Under the pieces are notes generated by a model. The model had not been told where the DNA came from. It searched no databases and was given only the letters and a program-made list of their open reading frames with translations. The translations under genes and the position numbers were made by a program. Shown piece after piece: positions 9,082 to 17,201 of a stretch of DNA of 32,000 bases. The stretch lies in contig NC_009925.1 of the NCBI RefSeq assembly GCF_000018105.1, positions 4,560,001-4,592,000 on the forward strand, read 5' to 3'. The DNA comes from Acaryochloris marina MBIC11017. Its GTDB lineage: Bacteria > Cyanobacteriota > Cyanobacteriia > Thermosynechococcales > Thermosynechococcaceae. How positions within the stretch are numbered: position 1 is the first letter of the stretch; each line of letters starts with the position of its first letter.

Positions 9082-9097
9082 GCCCACGGGAGTGGGC
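9082..9097 (-). other. GC-rich stem-loop (6-bp stem, 4-nt loop) between the response-regulator stop and the NACHT start. It could be an attenuator, a terminator or a 5'-UTR structure.
   Basis: gcccac-ggga-gtgggc read directly. On the minus strand it is followed by ATTGTTGTAAT, which is not a clean U-tract. Confidence 0.3.
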
Positions 9098-9212
9098 TGA
9101 GGAGACAAACTGAATTCAAATTACCCCCAGTTCAGATGAAAATGCCTATAATTTTCGCCAATATTGTTAGCTGAATCCCTTTTCCGTTTTGCATTTACAT
9201 CATGGGATGCAT

Positions 9213-9914
9213 TTAAATATTCGACTCGACAATTTCCAACTCTTGATAAAGGGCTGATCCCTCAGGAGTCAGCACATTCTCAACATCAGGAATTTGATTC
9301 AACAAAGAAATCTCGTCGTTACAAGCTTCTTTGAGAATTTGTAGACAACAATCTCGGCGCGCACCAGGTTCTAACTTGGAGAGCATTTGAATCGCTAGAT
9401 TAAGCTTAGGGATAGACTTTTCTAAGTCTTGTTGCAATTGCTCAATCACATGATCTTTGCCTTCTGTATTCGCCTGGATTTTGGAAATTTTTGCCTGTAA
9501 ATCTTCTGCTCGTTCTCGTTCGCGCTTATATTGGCTTTGAACAATTTCTCGCTTAGAAAGCCGGGTATTCACCGCTTCTAACAATTCAGATCGGGAAAAG
9601 GGCTTAGTGAGATAATCATCAGCACCAGAGGTCATCCCTTGGCGGATCTCAGCCTTATCGGCCATCGCCGTCAAGAAGATGAAAGGAATCATGGCGGTAT
9701 CTGAGTTTTCACTCAGGGTTTCCAGCACCTCATAGCCGTTGAGTTCTGGCATCATCACATCACAAATGATCAGTTCAGGTAGGTGCTCTTGAGCCCAAAG
9801 CGCTCCTAAGAAGCCATTCTCGGCTGTCACAACATCATGCTCTTCAGCATCCAGAAGTTCAGCGATATTGGCTCTCACTAACTCTTCATCTTCAATTACT
9901 AAGATCTTAGCCAT
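9213..9914 (-). CDS. Response regulator: a CheY-like receiver domain plus a C-terminal coiled-coil/helical domain of unknown function, with no recognisable DNA-binding output.
   Basis: REC hallmarks are present: KILVIEDEE.., ..LIICDVMMPELNGYEVL.., ..FIFLTA.., ..DDYLTKPF. Its start overlaps the kinase stop by 8 nt (ATGGCTAA). Confidence 0.9.
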   Translation of the reverse strand: MAKILVIEDEELVRANIAELLDAEEHDVVTAENGFLGALWAQEHLPELIICDVMMPELNGYEVLETLSENSDTAMIPFIFLTAMADKAEIRQGMTSGADDYLTKPFSRSELLEAVNTRLSKREIVQSQYKRERERAEDLQAKISKIQANTEGKDHVIEQLQQDLEKSIPKLNLAIQMLSKLEPGARRDCCLQILKEACNDEISLLNQIPDVENVLTPEGSALYQELEIVESNI

Positions 9915-12312
9915 CTTGCTCTACCCTTTGGTTAATTGGAAGTTGCACAGTAAAGGTTGTGCCGACCTTTTCTTGACTGGTAAGTGAGATTTCACCCCCA
10001 TGCAAGTCAACGGAACGTTTGACGATGGCCAAACCTAATCCTGTCCCCGAAATATTGCCAACGTTGCTGGCTCGATTAAAGGAATTAAAAACGCGATCGC
10101 ATTCCGATTGCGGAATACCTAAGCCATGATCTTGAACATTGAAAATGGCGTAATTATCTTCGAAGACCAAATCGAAATCTACTGTTCCCCCCTGGGGAGA
10201 GTATTTGATCGCATTGGACAGTAAATTAGTGAAAATATGACGCAGCAACTTTTCATCCATCCGCGTTTCTGCCGGTTGGTCTTGTAAACGGCAAACGATC
10301 TCATGGGTTTTGGTGGTAATCTGCAGCTCTTCCGCCAGCCCCTTACAAAACTCAGTCAGCTGCATGGGAATTGGCTTAAAAGCCAAGTTGCCAGATTCTG
10401 CTTTGCCCAGTAAGAGGACATCATTGAGCAAACCAGTCATATGTTCGACAGATTGCTGAATCTGATTCAAGTGCTTAAGCTTACGGGTGTCATCCCACTT
10501 ATGGCCATAGTGCTCAAGCAGTTCTGCAGAGGAAAGGATTGTTGCCAAAGGGGTTCTAAATTCATGGGATGTCATCGCCACAAACCGAGACTTCAATTCG
10601 TTAAGCTCTCGCTCTTTGTTAAGCGCTGTCCGAATGTCGTCCTCATAACGTTTTCGCTCAGTAATATCCCGAATAACGGCCATGACCTCATTTTCAGCAC
10701 TGACGGCAATCCGAGCTTCAAACATCAGGGGATTGCCGTCATGGTCCAGCTCATATTCAAACAGCTGCATCTCGTGACTTCCTAATGCATTTTTAATGCA
10801 GTTCATCAAGGAAGTTGCCGTGTCCTGGGGAAAGACCTGGTCCAGAGGTTTCCCTAAGAATTCTTCGGTGGGTAAGGGTAAGGTTGTATTCGGCGCATCC
10901 TTATAGTTCACAAAAATGCCGTCAGCACTAAATCGGAACATCCAGTCGGGCATCGCATTAATCAAAGCCCGATTTGTCGCCACGCTAGATTGCAACGCCG
11001 CTTCGGCACGCTGGCGTTCGACAATTTCGCTTCTCAGTTGTTCGTTACTTTGTTTAAGTTCTGCGGTTCGCTGTTGCACGCGCACCTCCAATTCGCTGTG
11101 GGCTTGCTGTAAGGCTGCTTCTACTTGTTTGCGGTCGCTAATATCACGACCCTCGAAAATGAGTAGGACGACATCTCCGTTGTCATCTCGGACAGGTTTT
11201 AGGGAAAAATCAATGGTCGCCACCACATCTCTTGCCCCTAGTACTGCCACTTCATAACGAATAAATTGGCCTCTGGCGGCTTCCAGGACTGCTGCTTTTA
11301 GTCTTTTTTGGGTGTCAGTGGATGTCGTCCACCAGCGCGCTAACCACACTGGCCGATCAATCACATCCTCTAATTGCAGGCCGCCAAAGTCCAAAGCAGT
11401 TTGATTCGCTTCTAGTAAAGTGCCATCGGGCTTTAATAGACCTGAGAACTGAAAGGTTTGATTGAAAATGGCTCGAAAACGCCGTTCACTATCTTGAAGG
11501 GCCGCTTCCGTGAGTTTTCGCTCTGTAATATCAACGATATAGCTACGAATTAAATCGCTTTCTGCGATGAAGTGAACGGATTGTTCAAAAACTTGATTGC
11601 CAATCTCCACTTCGCGGACAAAAAATTTGTCATTGTCATTGCAAATTAAGGCCACCAACCCTGTCAAGATGGGATGCTTTGACTGCTCATCTCGTAGCTT
11701 AGGGAATTGTGCCTGAGCTGCCGGGTTCAAGTAGGTGATTCTGCCGGTTAGATTGACCTCAATAATAGGATTTGAAAAAAGTTCAGGAAAAGAGGCTAAG
11801 CGAACAATGGCCGCTTCGTTGGAGCTGGTGAGCATCTCATCCGCTGTCGTCAGCGTCTGCATCGGATTATGAAGATTGGACAAAAATCCTGTCACATCTT
11901 CAGAGGCACAAGATTCAAGATAATGGACATCCGAAATATTATTCGTCATGTAATATCTGGCCCGAACGTCATGGCCAAAGATGACTTCATCTCCATGCTT
12001 CAAGTCATGAGATGTGCAAGCTTGTCCATTTACAGTTAGACCGTTTTTGCTTCGTTTACCCTGGAGATTGCCATCAATCAGGCGAAACATATGGCTGTCT
12101 GTATCGGGCATGGTCACCCGCATCAACAGGGCGTGTTGCCGAGATGAGGATGGGGAATGAATGACAATGGAATTACTAAGATCTCGACCGATGGAACAAG
12201 TTGAATCCATTAAGGGAATCGTTCGCTTTCCCTGTTCATCTTCAACCACTAAAAAGTGCTGAACTTTTGTAGAAGGACTTGTCAAAACCATTGAATTTAA
12301 TTCACGTTGCAC
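9907..12312 (-). CDS. Hybrid-architecture sensor histidine kinase: N-terminal FHA domain, multiple PAS domains, then HisKA and HATPase_c.
   Basis: Evidence from the translation:
- FHA-like: CSIGRDLSNSIVIHSPSSSRQHALL..NGLTVNGQ..LKHGDEVIFG.
- PAS-type segments, each ending in ..DITERK.
- H-box: MTSHEFRTPL (about 10549-10575).
- N and G boxes: LLSNAIKYSP.., ..DHGLGIP.., GTGLGLAIV.
- The start is the GTG at 12312, with an alternative ATG at 12291. Confidence 0.9.
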   Translation of the reverse strand: MQRELNSMVLTSPSTKVQHFLVVEDEQGKRTIPLMDSTCSIGRDLSNSIVIHSPSSSRQHALLMRVTMPDTDSHMFRLIDGNLQGKRSKNGLTVNGQACTSHDLKHGDEVIFGHDVRARYYMTNNISDVHYLESCASEDVTGFLSNLHNPMQTLTTADEMLTSSNEAAIVRLASFPELFSNPIIEVNLTGRITYLNPAAQAQFPKLRDEQSKHPILTGLVALICNDNDKFFVREVEIGNQVFEQSVHFIAESDLIRSYIVDITERKLTEAALQDSERRFRAIFNQTFQFSGLLKPDGTLLEANQTALDFGGLQLEDVIDRPVWLARWWTTSTDTQKRLKAAVLEAARGQFIRYEVAVLGARDVVATIDFSLKPVRDDNGDVVLLIFEGRDISDRKQVEAALQQAHSELEVRVQQRTAELKQSNEQLRSEIVERQRAEAALQSSVATNRALINAMPDWMFRFSADGIFVNYKDAPNTTLPLPTEEFLGKPLDQVFPQDTATSLMNCIKNALGSHEMQLFEYELDHDGNPLMFEARIAVSAENEVMAVIRDITERKRYEDDIRTALNKERELNELKSRFVAMTSHEFRTPLATILSSAELLEHYGHKWDDTRKLKHLNQIQQSVEHMTGLLNDVLLLGKAESGNLAFKPIPMQLTEFCKGLAEELQITTKTHEIVCRLQDQPAETRMDEKLLRHIFTNLLSNAIKYSPQGGTVDFDLVFEDNYAIFNVQDHGLGIPQSECDRVFNSFNRASNVGNISGTGLGLAIVKRSVDLHGGEISLTSQEKVGTTFTVQLPINQRVEQDG

Positions 12313-13205
12313 GCACTCTCATTTCTAATATGCCCATCACTCAGGTGAACTAAAGCAAGAGGAAATTATTCCTGAAAATTAAGCTATTCGAGTTAGATAA
12401 ATTTTTCTATATTCTAAATAATCTTGCTTGTTTTTTAAACACAAAAATAATTTAATTTTCTGTAAATCTAGGTGTTAAATGAACTGTTTTGCAGATTTTT
12501 AAGCTAAGAAAATAATGATTTTTTTGAATTAAGGCTGTTTAAACTATGTTGAGATTAGTCTTTTTGTATCTTGTGTATTATAAAATCTGTCTTTGTTAAT
12601 CCTCTCTGGTATTGAATTTCAGCTCAATTCTGTGCTCAAAATAGAAAAAGATAAACCCGTCAGTATTATAAAAATATAGATTTACCGCAAAATTTGATTT
12701 TATGGAATAGTTTATTGACGAGAAATATAAATATTATAAAAATAATCTTTCTCTTGTGCTGTAAAAAATAAACTAGAAAAGTATGCGGCTCTTAAACAAG
12801 AAAATATTTTCTATTTAGACTGACTATAAATAATTTTCCTCTAGCTGATATTCTTGAGCATTTATTATATTTATTTCAAGCAAAATAAAGACGCTGAAAT
12901 CTGTGACTTTACATCCTTAAAAGAAAAATCTAGTAGATGGAGATTTTATTTAATTATTCTTCAAGAAAAAGGTGAATAGATTAATAGAAATGTGTATGTC
13001 TCCATGAGAAAGCTACCATCAACTCTACGTTGCGAACAGCGTGGATATGAGCGAGCGGTCTCTAGCTGCTTCCTGACGCAATGGATATAAAGATCTCCGG
13101 GCAATAAGAGGTGCTTCGAGCATAGGCCTGTTTATTTAGTGTGACGTATTGAGGTTTGCGATCGCATCCCCAATCCTGTCTAATTTGTAGAACTTAGGTG
13201 TGACT
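12313..13205. other. Long intergenic region with a strongly AT-rich core (about 12340-13000) and no ORF of 60 aa or more. It presumably carries the kinase promoter and 5' UTR and the argS 3' region.
   Basis: Read directly. By eye the composition is far more AT-rich than the flanking genes. The motif tattataaaa occurs at 12576, 12664 and 12732. I found only very short ORFs (28 aa or less). Confidence 0.6.
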
Positions 13206-14960
13206 TTACATCCGCTCCAGCACTTCAATCCCCAATAGGGATAGCCCCAACTTCAGCGTGCGGGCCGTGAGATCAGACAATACCAGACGAGAGGTTCGGG
13301 CCGGTTCTTCTGCATTGAGGACCGGACATTGATCATAAAACTGATTGAACTTTTGGCTCAGCTCGAATAGATACTGGCACAGTCGGTTGGGTAATAGGTC
13401 TGCAGCTACTTCAGATAAGATGTCCTGCATTTGCAACAGGTGTTTTGCTAAAGCCAACTCAGAAGGCTCAGCAATGATGAGGGAAACATCATCTAACTGG
13501 GAAAAATCAATCTTTCCTTTGCGACTAATCCCCTGTACTCGAACATAGGCATAGAGCATGTAGGGAGCCGTGTTTCCCTGTAGAGCGAGCATTTTGTCAT
13601 AGCTAAACACATAATTGCTCGTTCGGTTTTGACTGAGATCAGCATACTTTACTGCTCCCAATCCGATGACCTGGGCAGCATTGGCAATAAAATCTGGGGA
13701 CTCAGTTCGATCTTCTTCAGCAAGTCGAGTTTCGATATCCGTTTGAGCGCGAGTAACGGCTTCATCTAATAGATCTCGTAAGCGAATCGTTTTGCCTGAC
13801 CGAGTTTTTAATTTCTTACCGTCTTCGCCCTGAACCAACCCGAAGGGCATATGTACCACTTGAATGGTTTCAGGCATCCACTGGGCTCGCCGAGCGACTT
13901 GAAAAACCTGGGCAAAATGATTGGCCTGCCCTGCATCCGTGATATAGATCAATCGTTGTGCTGACTCGGCAGTGATCCGGTGGCGTAGAGCCGCTAAATC
14001 TGTGGTGGCATAGTTAAATCCACCGTCAGACTTTTGGACAATCAACGGTTGCGGATCCCCTTGTTTATTGGTGAAGCCTTCCAAAAAGACGCATTGTGCC
14101 CCTTGATCTGTTTCTAGAAGCCCTGCTTTATCCAAGTCTGTCAGAACGTCAGCTAGAAAGGGATTATAAAAAGACTCTCCTCGCTCCGTCAGCTCAATAT
14201 CCAAATCTCGATAAATCTTCTCGAACTCACGCCGTGATTGATCGCAGAGGAGTTGCCAAGCTTGAGTGGCTTCTGAATCGCCTTGCTGCAGCTTGACGAC
14301 TGCATTCCGGGACTGCACCTGAAAGTCTTCATCTTCATCAAAGCGCTGCTTGGCTTTTTTATAAAACGCGACTAAGTCCCCTAAATCTAGAGCATCCGAG
14401 GTGGTTAACGCTGCGGGGTGCACCTCAGACAGGTAAGTAATCAGCATGCCAAACTGGGTGCCCCAATCTCCGACATGATTGAGCCGCAGCACATCATTCC
14501 CTTGAAATTCGAGAATCCGGGCAATACAGTCGCCGATAATCGTAGACCGCAAATGGCCCACATGCATTTCTTTGGCGATATTGGGGCTAGAAAAATCAAC
14601 AATCACCCGCTGTGGATCAGCAATCGGCTCAATCCCTAAGCGAGGATCGGCTTGCATTTGCTGAAGTTGCTCTGCCAAAAAGGTGGGCTTGAGGGTTAAG
14701 TTGATAAATCCTGGCCCAGCAATGGTAGGCGGTTCGCACAGATCATCGACCTCTAAATGTTGGAGAATCTGATCTGCAATTCCACGAGGAGATTGCCCCA
14801 AAGGCTTTGCCAAAGCTAGGGAGACATTCGATTGGTAGTCACCAAACTTGGGATTACTGGCGACGCCAACAACCGGAACAGAAATCACTAACTCAGCTCC
14901 AAAGGCAGCGTTTAACGCTCGATCAAATCGAGTCTCTAAGGTTTTGAGGATGGACTTCAT
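13206..14960 (-). CDS. argS: Arginine--tRNA ligase.
   Basis: [54 protein letters not shown].. is a class I HIGH-type signature. The rest is full-length ArgRS-like sequence ending ..GIEVLERM. I chose the ATG at 14960 because ArgRS proteins start at M-x-S-I. The listed ORF extends to 15047 but overlaps another plausible small gene. Confidence 0.93.
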   Translation of the reverse strand: MKSILKTLETRFDRALNAAFGAELVISVPVVGVASNPKFGDYQSNVSLALAKPLGQSPRGIADQILQHLEVDDLCEPPTIAGPGFINLTLKPTFLAEQLQQMQADPRLGIEPIADPQRVIVDFSSPNIAKEMHVGHLRSTIIGDCIARILEFQGNDVLRLNHVGDWGTQFGMLITYLSEVHPAALTTSDALDLGDLVAFYKKAKQRFDEDEDFQVQSRNAVVKLQQGDSEATQAWQLLCDQSRREFEKIYRDLDIELTERGESFYNPFLADVLTDLDKAGLLETDQGAQCVFLEGFTNKQGDPQPLIVQKSDGGFNYATTDLAALRHRITAESAQRLIYITDAGQANHFAQVFQVARRAQWMPETIQVVHMPFGLVQGEDGKKLKTRSGKTIRLRDLLDEAVTRAQTDIETRLAEEDRTESPDFIANAAQVIGLGAVKYADLSQNRTSNYVFSYDKMLALQGNTAPYMLYAYVRVQGISRKGKIDFSQLDDVSLIIAEPSELALAKHLLQMQDILSEVAADLLPNRLCQYLFELSQKFNQFYDQCPVLNAEEPARTSRLVLSDLTARTLKLGLSLLGIEVLERM

Positions 14961-14964
14961 GAGC

Positions 14965-15117
14965 TTAACTGCGTTTTTTCCTAGCGGCACGCTGTTCGCG
15001 CTCGCGTCGTCTGCGATCACGCCACTCTGAGACAGTGAGATACACAATGCCGCCGGAGACGATTACTAACATACCTAAAGCCGCTAAGGCCAAGATATTG
15101 GTAATTGAGAAGTCCAC
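14965..15117 (-). CDS. Small single-pass membrane protein (50 aa): one TM helix plus an Arg/Lys-rich tail.
   Basis: Hand translation from the GTG at 15117 gives (M)[49 protein letters not shown]. The ORF lies between petN and argS on the same strand, and its stop is 4 nt before the argS ATG. It is below the ORF-track length cutoff. Confidence 0.45.
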   Translation of the reverse strand: MDFSITNILALAALGMLVIVSGGIVYLTVSEWRDRRRREREQRAARKKRS

Positions 15118-15155
15118 AATATTTAGCGAATGACGAATCGGTTAACAAAGGCAAA

Positions 15156-15245
15156 TTACATGCCGTGGCGGCCCCATACCACCATGGCGATGGAGTATGT
15201 GAAGAGAGTAAGAACTGAAACCCAACCCAAGGTCAAGATATCCAT
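15156..15245 (-). CDS. petN: Cytochrome b6-f complex subunit 8 (PetN), 29 aa.
   Basis: The last 29 codons of the listed 73-aa ORF read [29 protein letters not shown]. This closely matches canonical PetN (..FTFSLSLVVWGRSGL). The ATG is at 15245-15243. Confidence 0.9.
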   Translation of the reverse strand: MDILTLGWVSVLTLFTYSIAMVVWGRHGM

Positions 15246-15353
15246 TATGCTGTTTGTGAACCAATTACGACGTTTAGCTATTCTATCCTGAAACCCCGTC
15301 ACCACCGCAAGCATCTGCATCTCACTCGCATCTAATTTGATCTTCTCCCAACT

Positions 15354-16196
15354 ATGCCCGCTACTCTTTCCCAACAAATTCAGCAGTTCTATGACACCTC
15401 TTCAGGCTTGTGGGAGCAAGTTTGGGGCGAGCATATGCACCATGGCTACTACGGCCCCACCGGCCAGCAAGCCAAACCCCGCCGCCAAGCCCAAATTGAT
15501 CTGATCGAAGAACTCCTGGCCTGGGGAGAGGTTCAACAGCCCCAAAAGATTCTAGATGTGGGCTGTGGCATTGGTGGTAGTTCCCTTTACTTGGCTCAAA
15601 AATATAAGGCCCAGGTCACCGGAATTACCCTCAGCCCTGTCCAGGCCGATCGGGCTCAAGCTCGCGCTAGGGAAGCTGAGCTATCCGCCCAATCAGACTT
15701 TAGAGTGGCCGATGCCCAACACATGCCCTTTCCAGATGCGTCCTTTGATCTCGTTTGGTCCTTGGAAAGTGGCGAACATATGCCCGATAAGACCCAATTC
15801 TTGCAGGAATGTTGTCGAGTGCTTAAACCAGGGGGACTCCTGTTAGTCGCCACTTGGTGCCATCGCCCCACCCCACCCGCCCTAAGCTGGGGCGAACAGC
15901 GACTGCTCAACGATATTTATCGCGTCTATTATTTGCCCTACGTGATTTCCTTGCCCGGCTATGCAGACATTGCTCAGACTCTCCCCTTATCTGGACTACA
16001 GACTGCAGATTGGTCCACCGCCGTTGCCCCCTTTTGGGATGAAGTGATTACATCTGCCCTGGACCTCCAGGTCCTAATCGGCATCCTAAAAGCGGGACTG
16101 CAAACCTTACAAGGGGCCTTGGCCCTGAGCTTTATGTCCCGAGGCTATCGGCAAGGTCTGATTCGCTATGGACTATTAAAGGGAACGAAAACGTGA
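15354..16196 (+). CDS. Gamma-tocopherol methyltransferase (VTE4 / Synechocystis slr0089-type SAM-dependent methyltransferase).
   Basis: [74 protein letters not shown] all match the slr0089 sequence as I remember it. Confidence 0.9.
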   Translation: MPATLSQQIQQFYDTSSGLWEQVWGEHMHHGYYGPTGQQAKPRRQAQIDLIEELLAWGEVQQPQKILDVGCGIGGSSLYLAQKYKAQVTGITLSPVQADRAQARAREAELSAQSDFRVADAQHMPFPDASFDLVWSLESGEHMPDKTQFLQECCRVLKPGGLLLVATWCHRPTPPALSWGEQRLLNDIYRVYYLPYVISLPGYADIAQTLPLSGLQTADWSTAVAPFWDEVITSALDLQVLIGILKAGLQTLQGALALSFMSRGYRQGLIRYGLLKGTKT

Positions 16197-17164
16197 CCTC
16201 CAGCGTTAACGCCAGCCCCATCCAACAGTGGCTGCAGGCTTTATGGAAGTTCTCGCGCCCCCATACGATTATCGGCACTAGCCTCAGCGTCATCGGTTTG
16301 GCCTTGATTGCTCTGTCTACCCAATATCGTGGCAGCGCTTTATTAACCGATCTCCCCATGCCCACCTCAGTCTTTTATCTGCAGTTTTTGCGCTGGCTCG
16401 GTGCTGCCCTTGTACCGAGCTTAGGAGCTAATGTCTATATCGTCGGCCTCAATCAACTCACCGATATCGATATTGATCGCATCAATAAACCTCAGCTTCC
16501 CTTAGCGTCCGGCGAGTTCTCCCCCCGGCAAGGTCGATGGATTGTGGCGAGTGCTGGACTGTTGGCCCTAGGACTCTCTGCGATCCAAGGCTATCGATTA
16601 CTCTGGACGGTTGGGCTGAGTATGCTGATGGGTACGGTCTATTCCATTCCCCCCATTCGTCTCAAACGGTTTCCCTTTTGGGCCGCCCTCTGTATTTTTG
16701 GTGTGCGAGGAGTTGTAGTTAATGTCGGATTTTTTCTCCACTTTCGTCATTTACTAGGCGGAAGTGGGGCCATCCCGTTGAAAGTATGGGTATTGACGGG
16801 ATTTGTGATTTTGTTTGCCTTTGCGATCGCAATCTTCAAAGACATTCCCGATCGGGAAGGGGACTTGAAATTTGACATCCACACCTTAACCGTACGCCTC
16901 GGCGGCGAATGGGTCTTCAAGCTATCTTGCTGGGTTCTGAGTATGGCCTACTTAGGGATTGTCGGCATGGCCCTCTGGGGATTACCCCAGACGCATCAAG
17001 GTCTATTGCTATCCACTCATCTGGGGCTGCTCTTCCTGTTTTGGTACCGCAGTCAGCGGGTCAACCTTCAGCATCACCAGCAGGTCACCCAGTTCTATCA
17101 GTGGATTTGGAAGCTCTTCTTTTTGGAATATGTGATATTTCCGGTTGCCTGCCTGTGGCGATAA
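16193..17164 (+). CDS. Homogentisate phytyltransferase (VTE2 / slr1736-type UbiA-family prenyltransferase).
   Basis: FSRPHTIIGTSLSV..NVYIVGLNQLTDIDIDRINKPQLPLASGEFS..IAIFKDIPDREGD..FYQWIWKLFFLEYVIFP matches that family. The GTG start overlaps the upstream TGA (GTGA). Confidence 0.9.
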   Translation: MTSSVNASPIQQWLQALWKFSRPHTIIGTSLSVIGLALIALSTQYRGSALLTDLPMPTSVFYLQFLRWLGAALVPSLGANVYIVGLNQLTDIDIDRINKPQLPLASGEFSPRQGRWIVASAGLLALGLSAIQGYRLLWTVGLSMLMGTVYSIPPIRLKRFPFWAALCIFGVRGVVVNVGFFLHFRHLLGGSGAIPLKVWVLTGFVILFAFAIAIFKDIPDREGDLKFDIHTLTVRLGGEWVFKLSCWVLSMAYLGIVGMALWGLPQTHQGLLLSTHLGLLFLFWYRSQRVNLQHHQQVTQFYQWIWKLFFLEYVIFPVACLWR

Positions 17165-17201
17165 TCCAACTAGATCCAGCCATTCAAATCAAGATGATGG
17201 A

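Noticed and set aside
10441-11257. The listed plus-strand ORFs inside the histidine-kinase gene. The same applies to similar internal antisense ORFs in argS, the GMC gene, the LCP gene, the dehydrogenase gene, pdxA and rpsA.
   Set aside because: Each lies entirely within a well-supported longer gene on the opposite strand, and their translations are low-complexity.
12313-13205. Small ORFs in the AT-rich spacer, for example the 16-aa MLRLVFLYLVYYKICLC and the 28-aa ORF at 13004-13090.
   Set aside because: They are too short, with no RBS or recognisable motif. ORFs of this size are expected by chance, so I do not report them as genes.
14961-15047. The 29-codon N-terminal extension of argS ([14 protein letters not shown]..).
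   Set aside because: ArgRS homologs begin at the M-K-S-I-L.. position. The extension also overlaps, out of frame, a more plausible small membrane-protein ORF.
15246-15377. The N-terminal 44 codons of listed ORF 15156..15377.
   Set aside because: The PetN family is about 29 aa long. The extension overlaps the start of the methyltransferase gene and has no PetN-like content.
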